A stretch of DNA of 63,336 nucleotides, counting the filler, from Octopus bimaculoides (lineage: Eukaryota): assembly GCF_001194135.2 (NCBI RefSeq). It is 4 parts of 4 records of this genome, joined end to end, with 100 filler letters (N's around TTAATTAATTAA, not from the genome) between each part and the next. Parts side by side here need not be neighbours in the genome. Positions count along the whole stretch, not along the records: positions 1 to 17,002 come from NC_068996.1; 3 more parts are not named here. The stretch is one strand, 5' to 3'. The notes below the pieces were generated by a model. That model saw only the letters and a program-made list of their open reading frames with translations, was not told the origin of the DNA and did no database searches. Position numbers and translations under genes: made by a program. This document shows, one piece after another, positions 1 through 14,215 of this stretch. Numbering within the stretch: position 1 is the stretch's first letter; every line of letters starts with the position of its first letter.

Positions 1-450
1 GAGAAAGGCACTTAGATGAGTGCAGGAGAAAGGCACTTAGATGAGTGCAGGAGAAAGGCACTTAGATGAGTGCAGGAGAAAGGCACTTAGATGAGTGCAG
101 GAGAAAGGCACTTAGATGAGTGCAGGAGGCAGGCGCTCAGCCGAGTGCGAGAGAGACATGCTCAGTTGAGTGTGAGAGATATATGCTCAGTTGAGTGCAA
201 GAGATATGCTTGGTTGACTGCAACCAGAGAGATATGCTCTGTCGAGTGCAAGAGAGATATGCTCTGTCGAGTGCAAGAGAGATATGCTTAGTTAAGAGAG
301 AAAGAGATCTGATTGGCTGAGTGCAAGAGAAAGATATGCTTGGCTGAGTATGAGAGAAAATGAGAAGGAAATAGATGCTCAGCTGAGTGTGAGTCAGAGA
401 GAAAGAGATGCTCGGCTAAGTGTGTGAGAGGTGCTAATCTGTATGTGAGA
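1..450. repeat. 25-bp minisatellite (GAGAAAGGCACTTAGATGAGTGCAG x5 at 1-125) decaying into related units
   Basis: Five exact tandem units, then diverged GAGAGATATGCT...GAGTGCAA units. Confidence 0.9.
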
Positions 451-2999
451 GAGAAAAGTGTTCAATTTTCAGTTGTACTGAGAGATGGATAAATGTTCAT
501 TTGTAACAGATGTGCATTTGTAAACGAGAAAGATGTGCAGCTGTGATATATGCACTTATGCATATATAATTGTGTTCATTTTAGTCAACAAAAACAGGCA
601 AGTTATTTTTGAGCCCATCACTGAAAAACAAATGATAAATATCAATGACAAACATATATATATGGTGATGATTTTCTCAAATTAAAATTCTCCAGAATAT
701 ATATGAATAAACATGAAATATTGAATCAAACTTCAAATAAAATTGATTTTTATCAGATGAAATTTAGTTAAAAAAAGAGAAAAAAAAACTAGCAAAATGA
801 ATTCCCTGTTCATATGTAACTTTGTTCTGCCCATGTGATAGGTTCAAAATAATACTAGTTACAATTTTAATTCACTGTTGAGACTGGTTAAAGGTTGAAA
901 TAGATTTAATTTCAAAGACACTTGATCCAATATCTGTATATAATAATAACTTTCAGAAACTACTACATGCAAGATAGCTGATAAAAACGAGAATAATATC
1001 AAAATATTGTAAGTTTTGAGAATAGCATTAAAATGTATGTAGACTATTTTTAAGCATATATCATTGGAAAGAAAAAGCAAACTCAGCATAGCTGCAGTTC
1101 ATGTAAGTGTAAATAAGCAAAGACAATTCAATGGATTTCATGACGTATTTTTTATAGAACATATCTCACAACCTGAGTAAATGAATGATTAGATTTGTAA
1201 GTAGTACTTGAAGATGGCTGAACTCCATCAAACTGAGTTGTTTGAGACACTCTTCAGTTTCCTTAAAACCCAATGGACCACTCCATGGCAGTTGCAGGTT
1301 TGATAATGGAAAATTTCTTAGGAATACCTACACTTAGTTATTCTGTGTAAATGTTTTTCTAAGAAGGATCAATTTTACTAAGTTAGGCGGCAACTATGAT
1401 GCTGCTGCTGCTGTTGTTGATAAATAGTAAAAGTAATCCTGTTTCTTGAAAATGAGAAATGTTAACTTTTCTTTTGTATCCTTATAAGACATTCCAGGAA
1501 GAAAGGATAGTATGCAAAAATTCTTTAAATGAAGAATTATAGAAAGTTTTCAAAATTCAGGTGATGAAGCAGATTCATTTTTGTATAAATCAACTTTTAN
1601 NNNNNNNNNACATAAAAGAGATGAGGAATAAAAAATAGCCGTTTAATTTTTAATTGTTTTTTTTTTTTGCTTTACACCTCAACACTGTCTCAGTTTAATA
1701 TAAATAAAAGAATATGTAAAAAGTGAAAAAAAAATCTTATTTTTAATTTTCATAAGATGTTCTGTCTAAGCAATTTCATTATAATGCGAAAATATTCCAA
1801 AAGTATTTTTGTACTTTAAATGAATCACTTTCTGGAACAAATGGTAATTTTATAACAGTACACCCAACTGTTTCAATCACAGCATGCTGCTTTATCCCAC
1901 AAAATAATGTCCATGCTAACCCCTGTGGGACATGTAATCATCACTGATTCCCATAGCCAAAATTATAATACACAGCCACTGCTATTCAACTTACATCAGG
2001 ATCAATACCTTAAATCTTTAAAATAATTTTAAAACTATAGAATATATGTAATTGGCAAAACATTGACAAACATTTTAATGATTTCCAAAAACTTTTTGGT
2101 AACTTATTGAGACTAATAAGAAAGAATGATACTTAATTGATTTCTATTAGTCAAATTCACAAAAACATAATCTAATGTATCAATAAAGCAAAAGACATCT
2201 TAGTGAAGCAATAAAGTTGAAGTTAATGAAAGCAAATTTCATCTTAAATTTCATATGCTAAAGAGCCTTTCAATAAAATATTAATTACCTAATTACACTA
2301 AAAATATCCATTCTGTCAAGCATAAATTTGGCAGTCAGTATAAAGGTTCAAAAATAAGTGTTAATTTGTGACATTTATAGAACTTAACCAATTATTGATA
2401 CGAATAATGATTTAAATAGCATTAGTAATGAGTTATGAATCAGTAATTAAATGTTTAAATAAAATTTTTAAAAGTATATAAAATATTTCCTTCTCAAACC
2501 GGAATAAAGTACTCAACATAGACAGCTATGTTCTGGAAATGTCAATCAAAATTATATATGCTGAGTAGTCTCAGTTCTTGATTAGGCCTATGGTGCATAA
2601 CTAACAGATCAAATACAGGTTTCAGAAATAGAGTAATTAGAAGTAGTTAAACATTCAAGTAGAAATAACTGGATGCCATAAGGGTAAACTGAAAGGTTTT
2701 TTGAAAAGTCTCGTATATTGCAAAACTTTACATCTGAACTAAGTCAATGCTACTGATTCAATTATTTGTTTTAATAATTCAGTAAAAGTAAGAATATTAT
2801 TTAATACTGAACCAGATTTTAAATATCAAATAAAAATTAAAAAAACCTTGTCTAATAATATTAATTGTTAAGTCATATGATAGTGAGTTTATTTTAATTA
2901 TCAATTCATGAATACCTTTTTCATTATCATTAGTAAAATTTGCAATAAGCAAAGTTGATGCATTTGAATAACTAGAAGATAAAAAAAAAACCCGGTACC

Positions 3000-5450
3000 A
3001 TAAAGAAATTCTAGTTCAGAACTAGTCAGGGTATCACACACACTTTATTAAAAAAGACTGAAACACCTCCCAAGAATGTATTAAGGCTTCATGTCAGTTA
3101 AAAGGAAAGTAATCATACAGTTTGGAGCAGAGTCAGAAGCCAAAGCCAAATAGAGTCAAAAAATATATATGATACCTTACAACAACAGTCCAGTCTCCAT
3201 TGTCTTCCCTTGAGGTAAAAAGGTTTAAAACAGTTAAATACTTGCTTGCGTATAATATATTCTAATATGCAATTTTGGTGATAAAAGTAAGACAGAAGAG
3301 CATATGCTTTAAAGGAAGACATTTCAAAGTGCCTTTATTGAAAACAGATTTTTTAAAAGAGTTTCAGAAGTAAGAGTGATTATTTAAGGGTAACTCAAAG
3401 ATAAAACTGAAATATCTGTGTTTCACAAAAGAGACTTGATTCAAGTATTAAAAGGAATTCAGTAAATTCTGAGAATGTTAAAAACGATCTCAAGAAATAA
3501 CTAATTTAAATACAAAGTAAATAAGGAAATCAATGATGCAGAAGAAGCCCATTTTAGAATATGCAGTGAAGAATTTTAGAAGTATTTATGTTGAAATTTT
3601 AGCAGGAAAAGGATTTTTTAAAAAACCCAAAACTATAAAGGGATATAGGTAAAGTAAGAACATATGGTCAAGAGTGCAATTAAGGACATTAAAGAAAAGC
3701 AGGTGGACTGGCAAGGATACTTGCTGAGATGCTGAAAACATCCAATAAAGTAGGGCATGTACAAGTTACTTGCATAATCAATCAGGTAGTATAGAGTAGA
3801 GTCATAATCAATGATTGGTGGTGCAGAACATCAACTGTTAGAAAGGTAAAGGTGATGCTCTGGAAAGAAACTCTTATTTTGATGGGCGAATATAAAAAAA
3901 GCAAAAAAACTAATAGGGAAGGGAATTAGCTTAGATGAGATTCAGTTTAAAGTTTGTGTTTGCTGTAAGAGTCCCCAGTGATGTTCTCTTCCTGGCGAGA
4001 CAACAACAGGAGTTCTTACACATTAACAAAGCATTATATCAAATACTCAACACAGAGGAGGCTTTTAATAAGCTACCATGCTCTCTGTTCTCATCAAGGT
4101 GAGAGTCGACAAATATTTCAGCAAGAAATTTAACTTGCAGGAAGGTGTCTGGTAGGGTTCAGTTCTCAGTACCTTGCTGTTTATTATAGTTCTCTAGGTG
4201 GTAACAGGAAGAGTATCAAGACTAGTTGCCTACGGTAACTCTTGTATGCTCATAACTAAGTTCTCACAACAGAATCTGTAAAAGAGAAATTCCTAATGTA
4301 GAAACAAAGCCTAAAAATTAGGAGCATCAATGTAAAGACAAAAATTCTGATTAGTAAAAAAGTAAACAGGACTATGGCCATGAGGGAAGTGCTCAAGATA
4401 CAAAAGCTGTAGGTAAGAATTCTGTATTGTATACCAAATCTTTAATCTTGTTTCAGTCACTGTGGCTACGTTAGGATACTTCCTTGAAGGGTTTAGTCAA
4501 CTTGGCTCCAGTACTTTTTTTAAAAACCTGGTACTACTGTCTTTTAGCCAAACTGCTAAGTTGCAGGGAAGTAAACAAACCAACACCTGTTAAGTGGTGG
4601 TTGGGAACAAAAACACTCACAACCTTTTCAGTTTCTGTACACCAAATCCACTCACAAGGTTTTGGTTGGCCCAAGGTGCCACACAGTGGGACTGAAACTG
4701 GAACCATGTAGCTGGGAAGTAAATTTCTTACCACATGGCCAAGCCTGCACCTAATGTTAATTATGGATGCAAAAGTGAGGGTTCACAGGCAGGCTGACAA
4801 AGAATAAAGTCTTTATATGCAACAGATGCACAAGAATAGTTAGCAACTGGAGCACCCATGAAATACTTGGGAGAAGTTGATAGTTTTCATTACCAAGATG
4901 ATCTAATTAACAGTGAAGAAGACTATCCCAAAAGTATAGTAGCCGGAATAAGAACAAGGCAAGAAATTTAAGGAAACTAATGCCTCAGTTGCAAACAAAT
5001 TTTCTTTAAATAAAGGCAGAATTTATGATGTTTGTGTACTAAATGTGAGGTTGTACGGTAGCAAACTTTCAACAGAAATGTGGAGGATGTACAAAAACAG
5101 GGATGATGTGAGCAAACTGTACTACATATGTGTAATACATGAAAGATATGTACTGAGAGAAAAATTAAATATAAGAGGAATCAAATGTAGCATGCAAGAG
5201 AGCAAAATGCACTGGTACAGATATGTGAAGCATATGGAGGATGAGAGTTGGGTCAAGCAGTGCCAAGTGAGTCCTGTGGGAGGGACCTGTGAAAGAACCA
5301 AGAAAGACACAGGAACAAGTGTAGAAACTGAACCTCACAAAAGAGATGAAGAGAGACAACAAATGATAAGGTAGTGGTGTTGGAAAAGACCTATCCAAAT
5401 TAGGCAAGCAAAGAGAAATAAAGTGATGATGTTGGATGAAAGAGATGTGT
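3000..5450 (+). mobile_element. Degenerate RTE-clade LINE (RT and C-terminal region), interrupted by a SINE
   Basis: GVxQGSVLS-LLFIIVL-like remnant near 4140-4195; ORF 5045-5374 (LREKLNIRGIKCSMQE..HWYRYVKHMEDESWVK) resembles the RTE ORF C-terminus; many stops and frameshifts; left boundary uncertain. Confidence 0.75.
4575..4755 (-). mobile_element. tRNA-derived SINE, family A (CCTTGGGCAAG core)
   Basis: Reverse complement matches the copies at 6492, 21890, 31190 and 60608. Confidence 0.8.
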
Positions 5451-6136
5451 GGACCTGGCATAAAATACATTATAAGGAAACTTCAAGAGAAAAACCAATT
5501 CAAGACATAAGAAAAACTGTTAAAAATGATAAAGAGCAAGGGAAGAATATCTTCTATTAACTAAAGCAATTCAGTTTTTCCAATTCCATGCTTCCTCATC
5601 CCTTTCCTGCTGCTTTAAGCAGCAGCATTTGTGGTGGTGGTGGTGGTAGCTGCTGCTGCAGCAGTCAGCAATAGCAGTGATGGTAGCAGCAGCAGCAGCA
5701 CACTACATTCCCATTCATTTATAATGATCAAACCTACAAGCCAGCTGAAAAGACAGATAACAAGGATGAAGTGACAATCGTAGAAATCAAAGCTGTTTCG
5801 TAGACATTAGTTAAAACGGTACAAATTGCAATTCTTAAGACACAGCATCAGAAACTACTAAAAACATTCAATAATGCAGAAAAGCTTCTCTTCAGCTGCA
5901 GCAATCTCATTAATCCTATCACTGACACAAGAGATAGTCACATGCACAACAAGCTGTACAAGAATACATTATGAGACAAGCGAAGAGCTTAACAAGATAT
6001 TAGTTGTAACACATTCCGTAGAAAAAGAAACCTCACAGATGGAAAATAAAACATTTCTAACAATAAGCAAAGGAGGTTATACCTATATCACACACATTCA
6101 TGTACATATACCTATGTACATACTTATGCACCTACA

Positions 6137-6183
<47 letters not shown>

Positions 6184-6316
6184 CTACACATATACATACT
6201 CACACACACACACCTACACATACTCACACATACATACAGATATGTTTCACATATGCCATTTATACATATATATACATACACACATATAGACAAGTATAAA
6301 TGTACAGCTATACACA

Positions 6317-6370
<54 letters not shown>

Positions 6371-6441
6371 TATACATTTAGAGATACAGGCATATATACA
6401 TACCCATATATACACATAAGATGCATATTATATATACATAC

Positions 6442-6475
<34 letters not shown>

Positions 6476-6491
6476 GCATGCATGTATACAT

Positions 6492-6890
6492 AGGCATGGC
6501 TGTGTAGCTCAGAAATCTGCTACCCAACCATGTGGTCTGGGCTCAGTTCCATTGCATAACACCTTAGACAAGTGTCTTCTGCTATAGCCCCACACCAACA
6601 AAAGCCTTGTGATGGGATTTGTCAGATGAAAATTGAAAGCCTGTTGTGCGTTTATATATATGTATATGTACTTATGTCTAGACATTACATGATAGTTGTA
6701 AACAGCATCATCATACAAGTGAGGTTGTTAATCTCAAGTCTATGAAAAACATATCCATAGGAAAATATCACCTTGCTTGCAAACAGGTAAAGATTAGCAA
6801 CAGGAGGGGCACTGGCCATAGAAAATCTACCTCACCAAATTCCATGTGACCCATGCAAGCAGGTAAAAATGGATGTTAAGTGATGATATT
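6492..6890 (+). mobile_element. tRNA-derived SINE, family A, with RTE-like 3' tail
   Basis: GGCATGGCTGTGTAG head, CTCAGTTCCA B-box remnant, CCTTAGACAAGTGTCTTCT core, tail ending GGATGTTAAGTGATGAT. Confidence 0.8.
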
Positions 6891-7373
6891 TATACACGAA
6901 TATGCATATATACACAAACACAAATATATACACACATCTATATTATATATACAAATATGCGTATATATGTAGACATATACACATAAATACATACATACAT
7001 ATATGCTAGTACATACATACACATGTTTGTTCAAGGTCAAATTATAGTTTGATATTAAGAATTTAGCCCTTATTATTAAATTATTTACTATGTGAACATC
7101 AATGTTAACGTTTATTACATCTAAAATTATAAGCACATTCTCATATGAACAATTGGAAGTTATCATTTTGGCAGCCAAAAGCAAAGAAATTAACTAATTC
7201 TGTAATTGCTAATTATTTCCTCCTAACAGATATTCTGAAAGACTTTATATAATGATTTGTATGAATGTAATTAAGATCATGCTTTGTTAGATTATCTTAA
7301 TGTGATTAAGTCGAACACGATCACAAGTAAATGAGGTATTTCAGTGTAATATTCAACGCTTGGTGTAACCCAT

Positions 7374-7411
<38 letters not shown>

Positions 7412-9214
7412 AAATTTTTTAAAAAGCTATTAAGCAAAACTATTTCAGTAATTATTTTTGTTGCAACCAAAAAAAACGAATGAATTATCCATATTGAATT
7501 CCTCTAAACTCATTTTCAGAAAAGATTTGGGATATAATATCTTTTGTACAGAATTTGAAGACCAAAAGCTTCAGAAAAGCATCACAAGAATAAAATGTCA
7601 AACAAAATTCTAATTGTTAACATTAAAAGACAGTTGAGAAAATATAAACTATCAAAGCAGAGAAGTGTTAATAAGAGAGTGAATGAATGAATTTATTTAG
7701 TTTTGTGTTTTAGATTCAGGTTTTTGTCTTCTTAGTGAGAATAAGGTAATTTTTTTTTACATAGTATAATCGAAGATGTTGTGGTGTCTCTCTCGAAAAT
7801 TACAATTCAATAGTCATTCTTCCTTTAATACTCCATGAACAAAAATCAATATCTGATCACTATTTTAAAAACTGCATCCCAAAAATGACTTAGCTAAATT
7901 CTAAATTATGCTCTTCATAAAAAATATATCGTTGCACTTACTAAATGAAATCGACATCATAGGTAAGTTTTCGATTAGAAAGGCTGAAAATTGCCATTAA
8001 GAACAGAAAAAAGAAAATACCGAAAATGAATAAAAATTGGAGATAATAAAAAAAAAAACCGAAATTGCTTCCATTTCAATTTAGAATATATTTGATTTTA
8101 ATCCTTGTGTTGAAGAAGACAGCTGAATCCATTGATAAACCATTGATTATTATTATCAATGGATTTCAACACCAATTTGCAATTAAAATAGTTATGTATG
8201 TAAATTAATATACGTGTGAATTTTTCTTTTCCGTCTTGTCAATGTTTCATTTTGAAATAATTTTAAAATATTTTTTAAATAAAAAAAAAAACACACACAC
8301 TGTATTTAATAATAAACTAACCGAATCAGGGACAGAGAGACAGACAGACAGAAATGCTAGAAATTAACAGCTACTCCGAATGTCAGCCATTCATTCCAAA
8401 CTGGAAATCGTATCAAGTTTATAAAGGGGGGAAGAAAAAAAAAAAATAGCAATGAAAAGTGACAATTTAATTTCTTATTTCTTCCTCATCTTTCTAACAA
8501 ATAACTTATTGATTCAATCAAATGAATGAAACATTATTATATTCACAGGACAAACTATCAAGTGGGCTTTTTTATTTTATTATTTTTTTTTTTGTTTCAG
8601 AGATTATCATCATCCGATATTCATTGAAGAGGAGTCAGATTAGAACCACACAGATAATGTATAATAATAATGATGATGATGATGATGAATAACAATGACT
8701 ACATTAGAAATAATTATAAGGAATTGCATAAGAGGACGTTTATGGATGGGTGTATAATAATAATGTGGAAGAAGAAAGTTAACATAATTACTGCAACAGG
8801 TTGAGGGAGAAGAAAAGATAACATTTGTAGACACACACACACACATATATAGATATGACCACAAATGTTAGATACACACACACATATATATATATACACA
8901 CATATATATATATATACATACACTATATACGTACACATAAACATGAATGTGTAAGAATATATGTATATGTATATACACACATGAATGTGTGTGTCCGGGG
9001 ATTTCATTGAAAAGAAAAAGAAAATTAAATCCATTCCTCTCCAAATGACATTAAAATTAGAAATTACAGGAGCTTTATTAGCAATTTGAGCTACATACAT
9101 ACACACACACACACACACATAACTATGTATGCGCATATTTTATATACACACACACATATATATATACATATATATGTGTATGTATGTATGTATATATATG
9201 TGTATGTATGTATG

Positions 9215-9248
<34 letters not shown>

Positions 9249-9261
9249 TATATGTGACAAT

Positions 9262-9426
9262 TATATTATCATTCTGGTGGTTGGGGTTAAAGATGTGGTG
9301 TACATGTTTTAAAGAATAATAATGTTCAAGGGTCCACTCTCTAAAGGAATTATTGACTAACAGGTGATCGCAGATGAGATTTCTCGGTGTGACAAGCTTC
9401 CAAGAAGGGAAATCTCTCATTGACAT
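9262..9426 (-). CDS. Putative first coding exon, MSMRDFPSWKLVTPRNLICDHLLVNNSFREWTLEHYYSLKHVHHIFNPNHQNDNI...; product unknown, 3' boundary undetermined
   Basis: TCTTTTTGTTCAG acceptor (AG at 9429-9428), ATG at 9426, in-frame stop upstream in the putative exon 1; no homology recognised. Confidence 0.3.
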
Positions 9427-9771
9427 TCTGAACAAAAAGAACGACCAGGAATGGTTTGTCGCAGAGAGACAGAGATATATATACTGACATATATATATAT
9501 ATAGGTATATATACGAGTGTAAAACATCTGTAGATTCATGGAATATGGATAAACATTATTTTAATGACAGATAGAACAAAATGGCGTCGAATAACAAAAT
9601 TTATTTCTCCGTTTCTCCATCGACATTAAACAAGGAAAAGAAAATAAATGAGAGAGAGAGAGAGAGAGAGCGGTGTTTTGATTTGGTTCTTTCGGCTGGT
9701 TTTTTGGTTGCTTTAAACATTGATCTGATGGGGAAATTTTAAGAAATATTTCAAGAGAATATTATACTTAC

Positions 9772-10207
9772 ATGATTGTGTCGTCAAAAAAAGGGGGGGT
9801 TTTTTCTCAACTGGCTGTAAATGAGTGTCAGAGGCAGTGAAGGCTGGGAGCAGTCAGTAGTCACCACTGCTAAATAAACTGACTGACAGACAATATGGCT
9901 GCACTAACAACACCACCAGCAGCAGCAGCAGCAGCAGTGGCAGCGGCGACAGCAGCAGTAGTAGTAGTAGTAGTAACAGTGGTGGGAGTGGTTGCAGTGG
10001 CGGTGGTAGTCGAATCTATAGTAAAAAGGAATACGAACGATATCCAAAAGGAGGAGGTGACTATCCAGTGAGAGTAGCAATACGCCGACTTTTCATACAA
10101 TATACAGCAGTTGTTAATATATATATAGACTGATGTAATCATACGGGCTTCTGCGCACGCTCCAACATATATACACGTAGAAGCAACTCATAAACATACC
10201 GACTACG

Positions 10208-10210
<3 letters not shown>
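9772..10210 (-). other. Putative non-coding first exon (5'UTR) of an unidentified minus-strand gene
   Basis: Ends at GTAAGT donor (9771-9766); CpG-richer, trinucleotide-rich sequence next to (GA)n/(TA)n; YY1-like AAAATGGCG at 9578-9586 in the following intron. Confidence 0.35.
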
Positions 10211-10243
<33 letters not shown>

Positions 10244-12059
10244 ATATATATATATATATAATTATAGAAAAACTATATATCAATCTAACCAATATTCTCT
10301 CTCTCTCTCTGACTATATTATAACTTAACCAAATGTTCTTCTATTCAACCAACTCTACCTTGGCTATTCCAGTTCCATCTTACTGTTCTATTTGCATTTA
10401 ATTTATTTCAAACGTCAACATTTGGTAACATTAGTGTAACATCGGCATTCGCTTTGTGGATGGTGACTGAGTGCTAAATGGTTCGGTACATGATTCAATG
10501 CAGCTCGTGCCTGAGTTCGAGTGTCAAACGCCAACACCTTGCCTGTCTTTTATTCTTCATGGTTCCATAAGATACAAACCAGTAATATACTAACACCTAT
10601 TGGATTGAATATCTCCGCCTTGCATACTTAAAAATGCTTTTTATCCACCACGAAAAGAAATCGCTATTATTATCGAGTTGGAACTTGTCGAGGTCAACCA
10701 GTCAAATAATAGCTTTGGTATTAATCGATCTTACTCGAATTTGAGGTCTTTGGCTTAACTTACAAATCTTTACCTGTCATTCACTCAGAAACAATGGAAT
10801 AAATACCAGCAATGTAACCGTTCTTCACACAGAATACATATCTGAAGGCATTAAAATGTTTTTCTCGGGTATGAGAACAAATAAGTATTTCGAATAGTTA
10901 TGGTAAACCATCAAGCCTTGTAGATGAGCATCCAAGATGACAATTCATACAAATGAGGGAGTTACTTATCATCTAGTAGAAGTGGCAGCTAAATTTTCGT
11001 ATCATACCCTATCATCTGAGAAAAGGATATATTAACACTATGCCTAGAATAAAAACAAATTGGTCATGGCTTGAATGCTTTTGATGAAGATAGGTCTGCT
11101 TGGCCAAAGCTGAACTGGAGCTAAACTGCTGATGATTTGCTGTGTAGAGTGAGGCTTAAATGGTGGTTGTTGAATAACAAACTAATTAATATTTGATTGA
11201 TTACTTCATATAGTGATGTCTAGAAATTGTCCTCTTGGATTTTTTTTTTTCCAGTATGCTTTTATGAAGCTGGGAGAAAAACTGGATGTAAGAGGAGAAA
11301 CTGTACTGGAACAGATATAAGCATGAAGGCTGACAGGTAAGTGTTATGCAATCCAAGAGGAAGGAATGGCCAAACCTCATGGATCTTGCAAAAAAACCCC
11401 AAAAAACACTGCATGTGTTGAGAAACTGTACTGGAGATCTGTTCTACCCAGGCAAGCATAGGAAAAGGAATGAAATGGTGCTGACGGTGGTGGTGGTGGT
11501 AGCTATGATGACATTGATACTGAATTGACCAAATTAAATGCTTGGTGGTTGAACCAGCGACCTCTGATCTTGTGAATAAAATCTTATTCATATATGGTTT
11601 TTAATTTTTTCATATATAATTAAATGATTTTTATAAGTTGGGAATTATTTGCACCACAATTTATTGGTCTGCGTTGTTTAAAAAATAGACTGATAGAATG
11701 AAATCTATCAACTATGATCAACAAACAATTTAATTCTTTTATTTATGAGGCATGGAATTAGGGTAAGTACTGAAGGAAACCTTATAAACTCTAGTGATTA
11801 TTTGCATATTTTTACAATTAGATATTACCTTTCTGTTAATTACTCAATCATTAAAGCTGAAGTGCTATAGAAGGATGCATGCTATGGTACAAGAATCCTT
11901 CATTAACACAGCATTGAGACATGTAATCAAGAGTGTATATAGACATATCAGAGGTAAATAGCCACTTCTTACTATATCACTTTATCTGTGCAAATACTAA
12001 CTGGTGCTTCTTACTTGTTATTATTTCTCATTTCAGATTACAGTAAATATTAATTGTTT

Positions 12060-12700
12060 ATAGCAGCTAGCCATGTTGCAAACACCAAAAGCAAAAGAGT
12101 TGTTTGTCTTCCAAAGAGGGAGTATTGTGAGTGAATCTGAAGATGGACTTAACCAGTGTGAGATAATGCGAAACCTTAGGATTCCTTTTACCACAGTCTA
12201 CCGAGTGTATGGACAATTTAACAGCAAAGGAAAAGTGTCAACAACATCCTGGTCAGATCGATCTGGGCCCTCTGACAGGTGACTTTGGGGCTGTCAAATG
12301 AATCTCTTGACTTAGGAGCTGAAAATGAATCTCTGTTGTAAGACAGCTGATGTTGCAGGGTAACAAAAATGAGTTGGGGGACTTCTGTGAGGTTGTCTCC
12401 ATCAATTTGGTTACTATGGCAGCAGAGAGACCAGAAGGAAACCTCTTCTGTGACCAACAAATATCCAAAACAGAAATGAATCTTTTGGAAACGATGGTGT
12501 CTATTTACTTTTGAAATGTTTGTGTACATATATATATGTAGTGGATCTTGCATGCATGAAGTGGATTCGATCCACCATAGCCAAATTTAAATTAACACTG
12601 CAACAGAACTTTTCTCATGGTGGAACAATGGTTTTTCTCTGACAGCAGTTTAATATTTTCCAGATGCTTTTAGCTAGGCTGAAATGATGTCTTCACCACT
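12060..12700 (+). mobile_element. Degenerate Tc1-family transposase
   Basis: ORF 12073-12282 (PKAKELFVFQRGSIV..NLRIPFTTVYRVYGQFNSKGK..SDRSGPSDR) resembles the Tc1 paired-like HTH followed by a GRP-type motif; downstream broken. Confidence 0.7.
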
Positions 12701-12768
12701 TGACCCTTTCTAACCTCTTCTACTTCACCAAAAGCTAGAATAGAGATAACAAGACCACCAACTAAATC

Positions 12769-13255
12769 TGTTGTTCTCAATGATATATCTATCCTTCTGG
12801 ATAGTTATAAAAGCAAGGAAACTCCAAACAAAATTGGGTTTAGTCAGTGACGACTCAACCAGTTTAGTCACCAGTCGGTAACGACTCAACCAGTCCAGTC
12901 ACATGGTGACGACTCAGTGAGAATGAAGTCTGGCTGACCAGCTAGAACCTTGGCCAGAGGGAGAAAGAAGGTTACAACCAGCCAACTATGAGACACAACT
13001 TTCCTCGACTCTATAACTTTTACTAGCTCACTTTCTTTTCTCTGTAACATTACCATATCTCTGTCTATATACTGCTACAAGATCGTGTACACACATATAC
13101 AGGCCGAAATTAACTTTCTTTACCTTGCATGCTTTATGAACTGTGTTATACTATTACACTAACCTACCCGTCGTGGTATGGCATTTACTAAAGTAACGGT
13201 AAATAAATATTTCTTTACAACTTCGATCACTGTTCGTTGTTCAAATTATAACCGT

Positions 13256-13259
<4 letters not shown>
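12769..13259 (+). mobile_element. Possible solo LTR
   Basis: Ends in ...CCGTTACA, AATAAA near 13202, three tandem GACGACTCA motifs; 5' boundary and TSD not found. Confidence 0.3.
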
Positions 13260-13301
<42 letters not shown>

Positions 13302-13869
13302 TGGAAAATGATGGAGTTTCTGTGTAGTTGCTTGGCTGGCTAGAAATTGCAGCCAAAGTGCCTTCAAATCAAACATTTCCTTCTAAAAAAAATTTCATTG
13401 AATAATCTGGTTCTTGCTTCATGACTCAGAGAAAAAAGTATGTTTGTGAACAGAATACATCTGATCATGAGGCTCCACCATTCAGTCTGATCTGGGACTA
13501 AACAACAAGGACTCAAATTAATTTTTTTTCCAGAAGTTGGAATATATCCTTCCTGTCCAAAGGTGGAAAGTTTCTGGCCAAGGTCATATTCAAAACATTT
13601 CTTTTGGCTACAACTTATATTTGCAGAGAACACATCTTCAAATCATATCTAATTATCACAAGCAGCACTAAGAAGATTGTCTGAGATTCTTATCCTTGTG
13701 TCTTGCTTGAAGAATTCACCAGTAGATTAAATTATGCCAATTCTTAACTGGGACTTCATTTTACCAATCTCAGAAAGACCAAAGGTAAAGTTAACCCCAG
13801 AAGGCAGAGGGCTAAAACTATAAATGCATAACGTTTCTATGAGAGAAAGTAGTCTTTTTGTGTGGCAGA

Positions 13870-14200
13870 TATGGAGGTATATTAAACATGAGGAATGTAC
13901 AGAAAATAGACTTCCTTAAATGTCCAGGAGGATCCTTAAAAGGAGTAGTTTCCATTACCTAGGCAACCAAGTTAGCAGTGGAGGAAGTAGTTCTGAAAGT
14001 GTAGTTGCTAAAATAAGAATGGTCTGGACAGATTTCAGAGAGCTTGTTAATAACAAAGGCCTCTCTCTGAGAGTGAAAGACAGATTAAATGAAGCCTGTG
14101 TATGAACAGCTATGCTACATAGCAGTGAGACATGGGCTGTAACTACTTAGGACATGCAAAGGCTTGAAAGAAATGAAGACAGCATGTGTGCAAGAGAGAA
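13870..14200 (+). mobile_element. RTE LINE RT-thumb fragment
   Basis: FHYLGNQVSSGG..VAKIRMVWTDFREL..LSLRVKDRLNEACV*TAMLHSSETWAVT. Confidence 0.85.
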
Positions 14201-14215
14201 CACTGCACTGATATG

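Noticed and set aside
1-125. Regular repeats as a CRISPR array
   Set aside because: Contiguous units with no spacers, in a eukaryotic context.
957-1008. Exon-like + strand segment (TTTCAG...GTAAGT, TTTCKIADKNENNIKI); similar candidates at 7716-7747 and 47144-47168
   Set aside because: Splice-like signals are common in AT-rich DNA; no homology and no consistent exon chain.
7376-7409. A34 run suggesting a retrocopy tail
   Set aside because: No recognisable upstream body or TSD.
8126-8165. 13-bp inverted repeat with 14-nt loop
   Set aside because: Too short and AT-rich to support a miRNA or element call.
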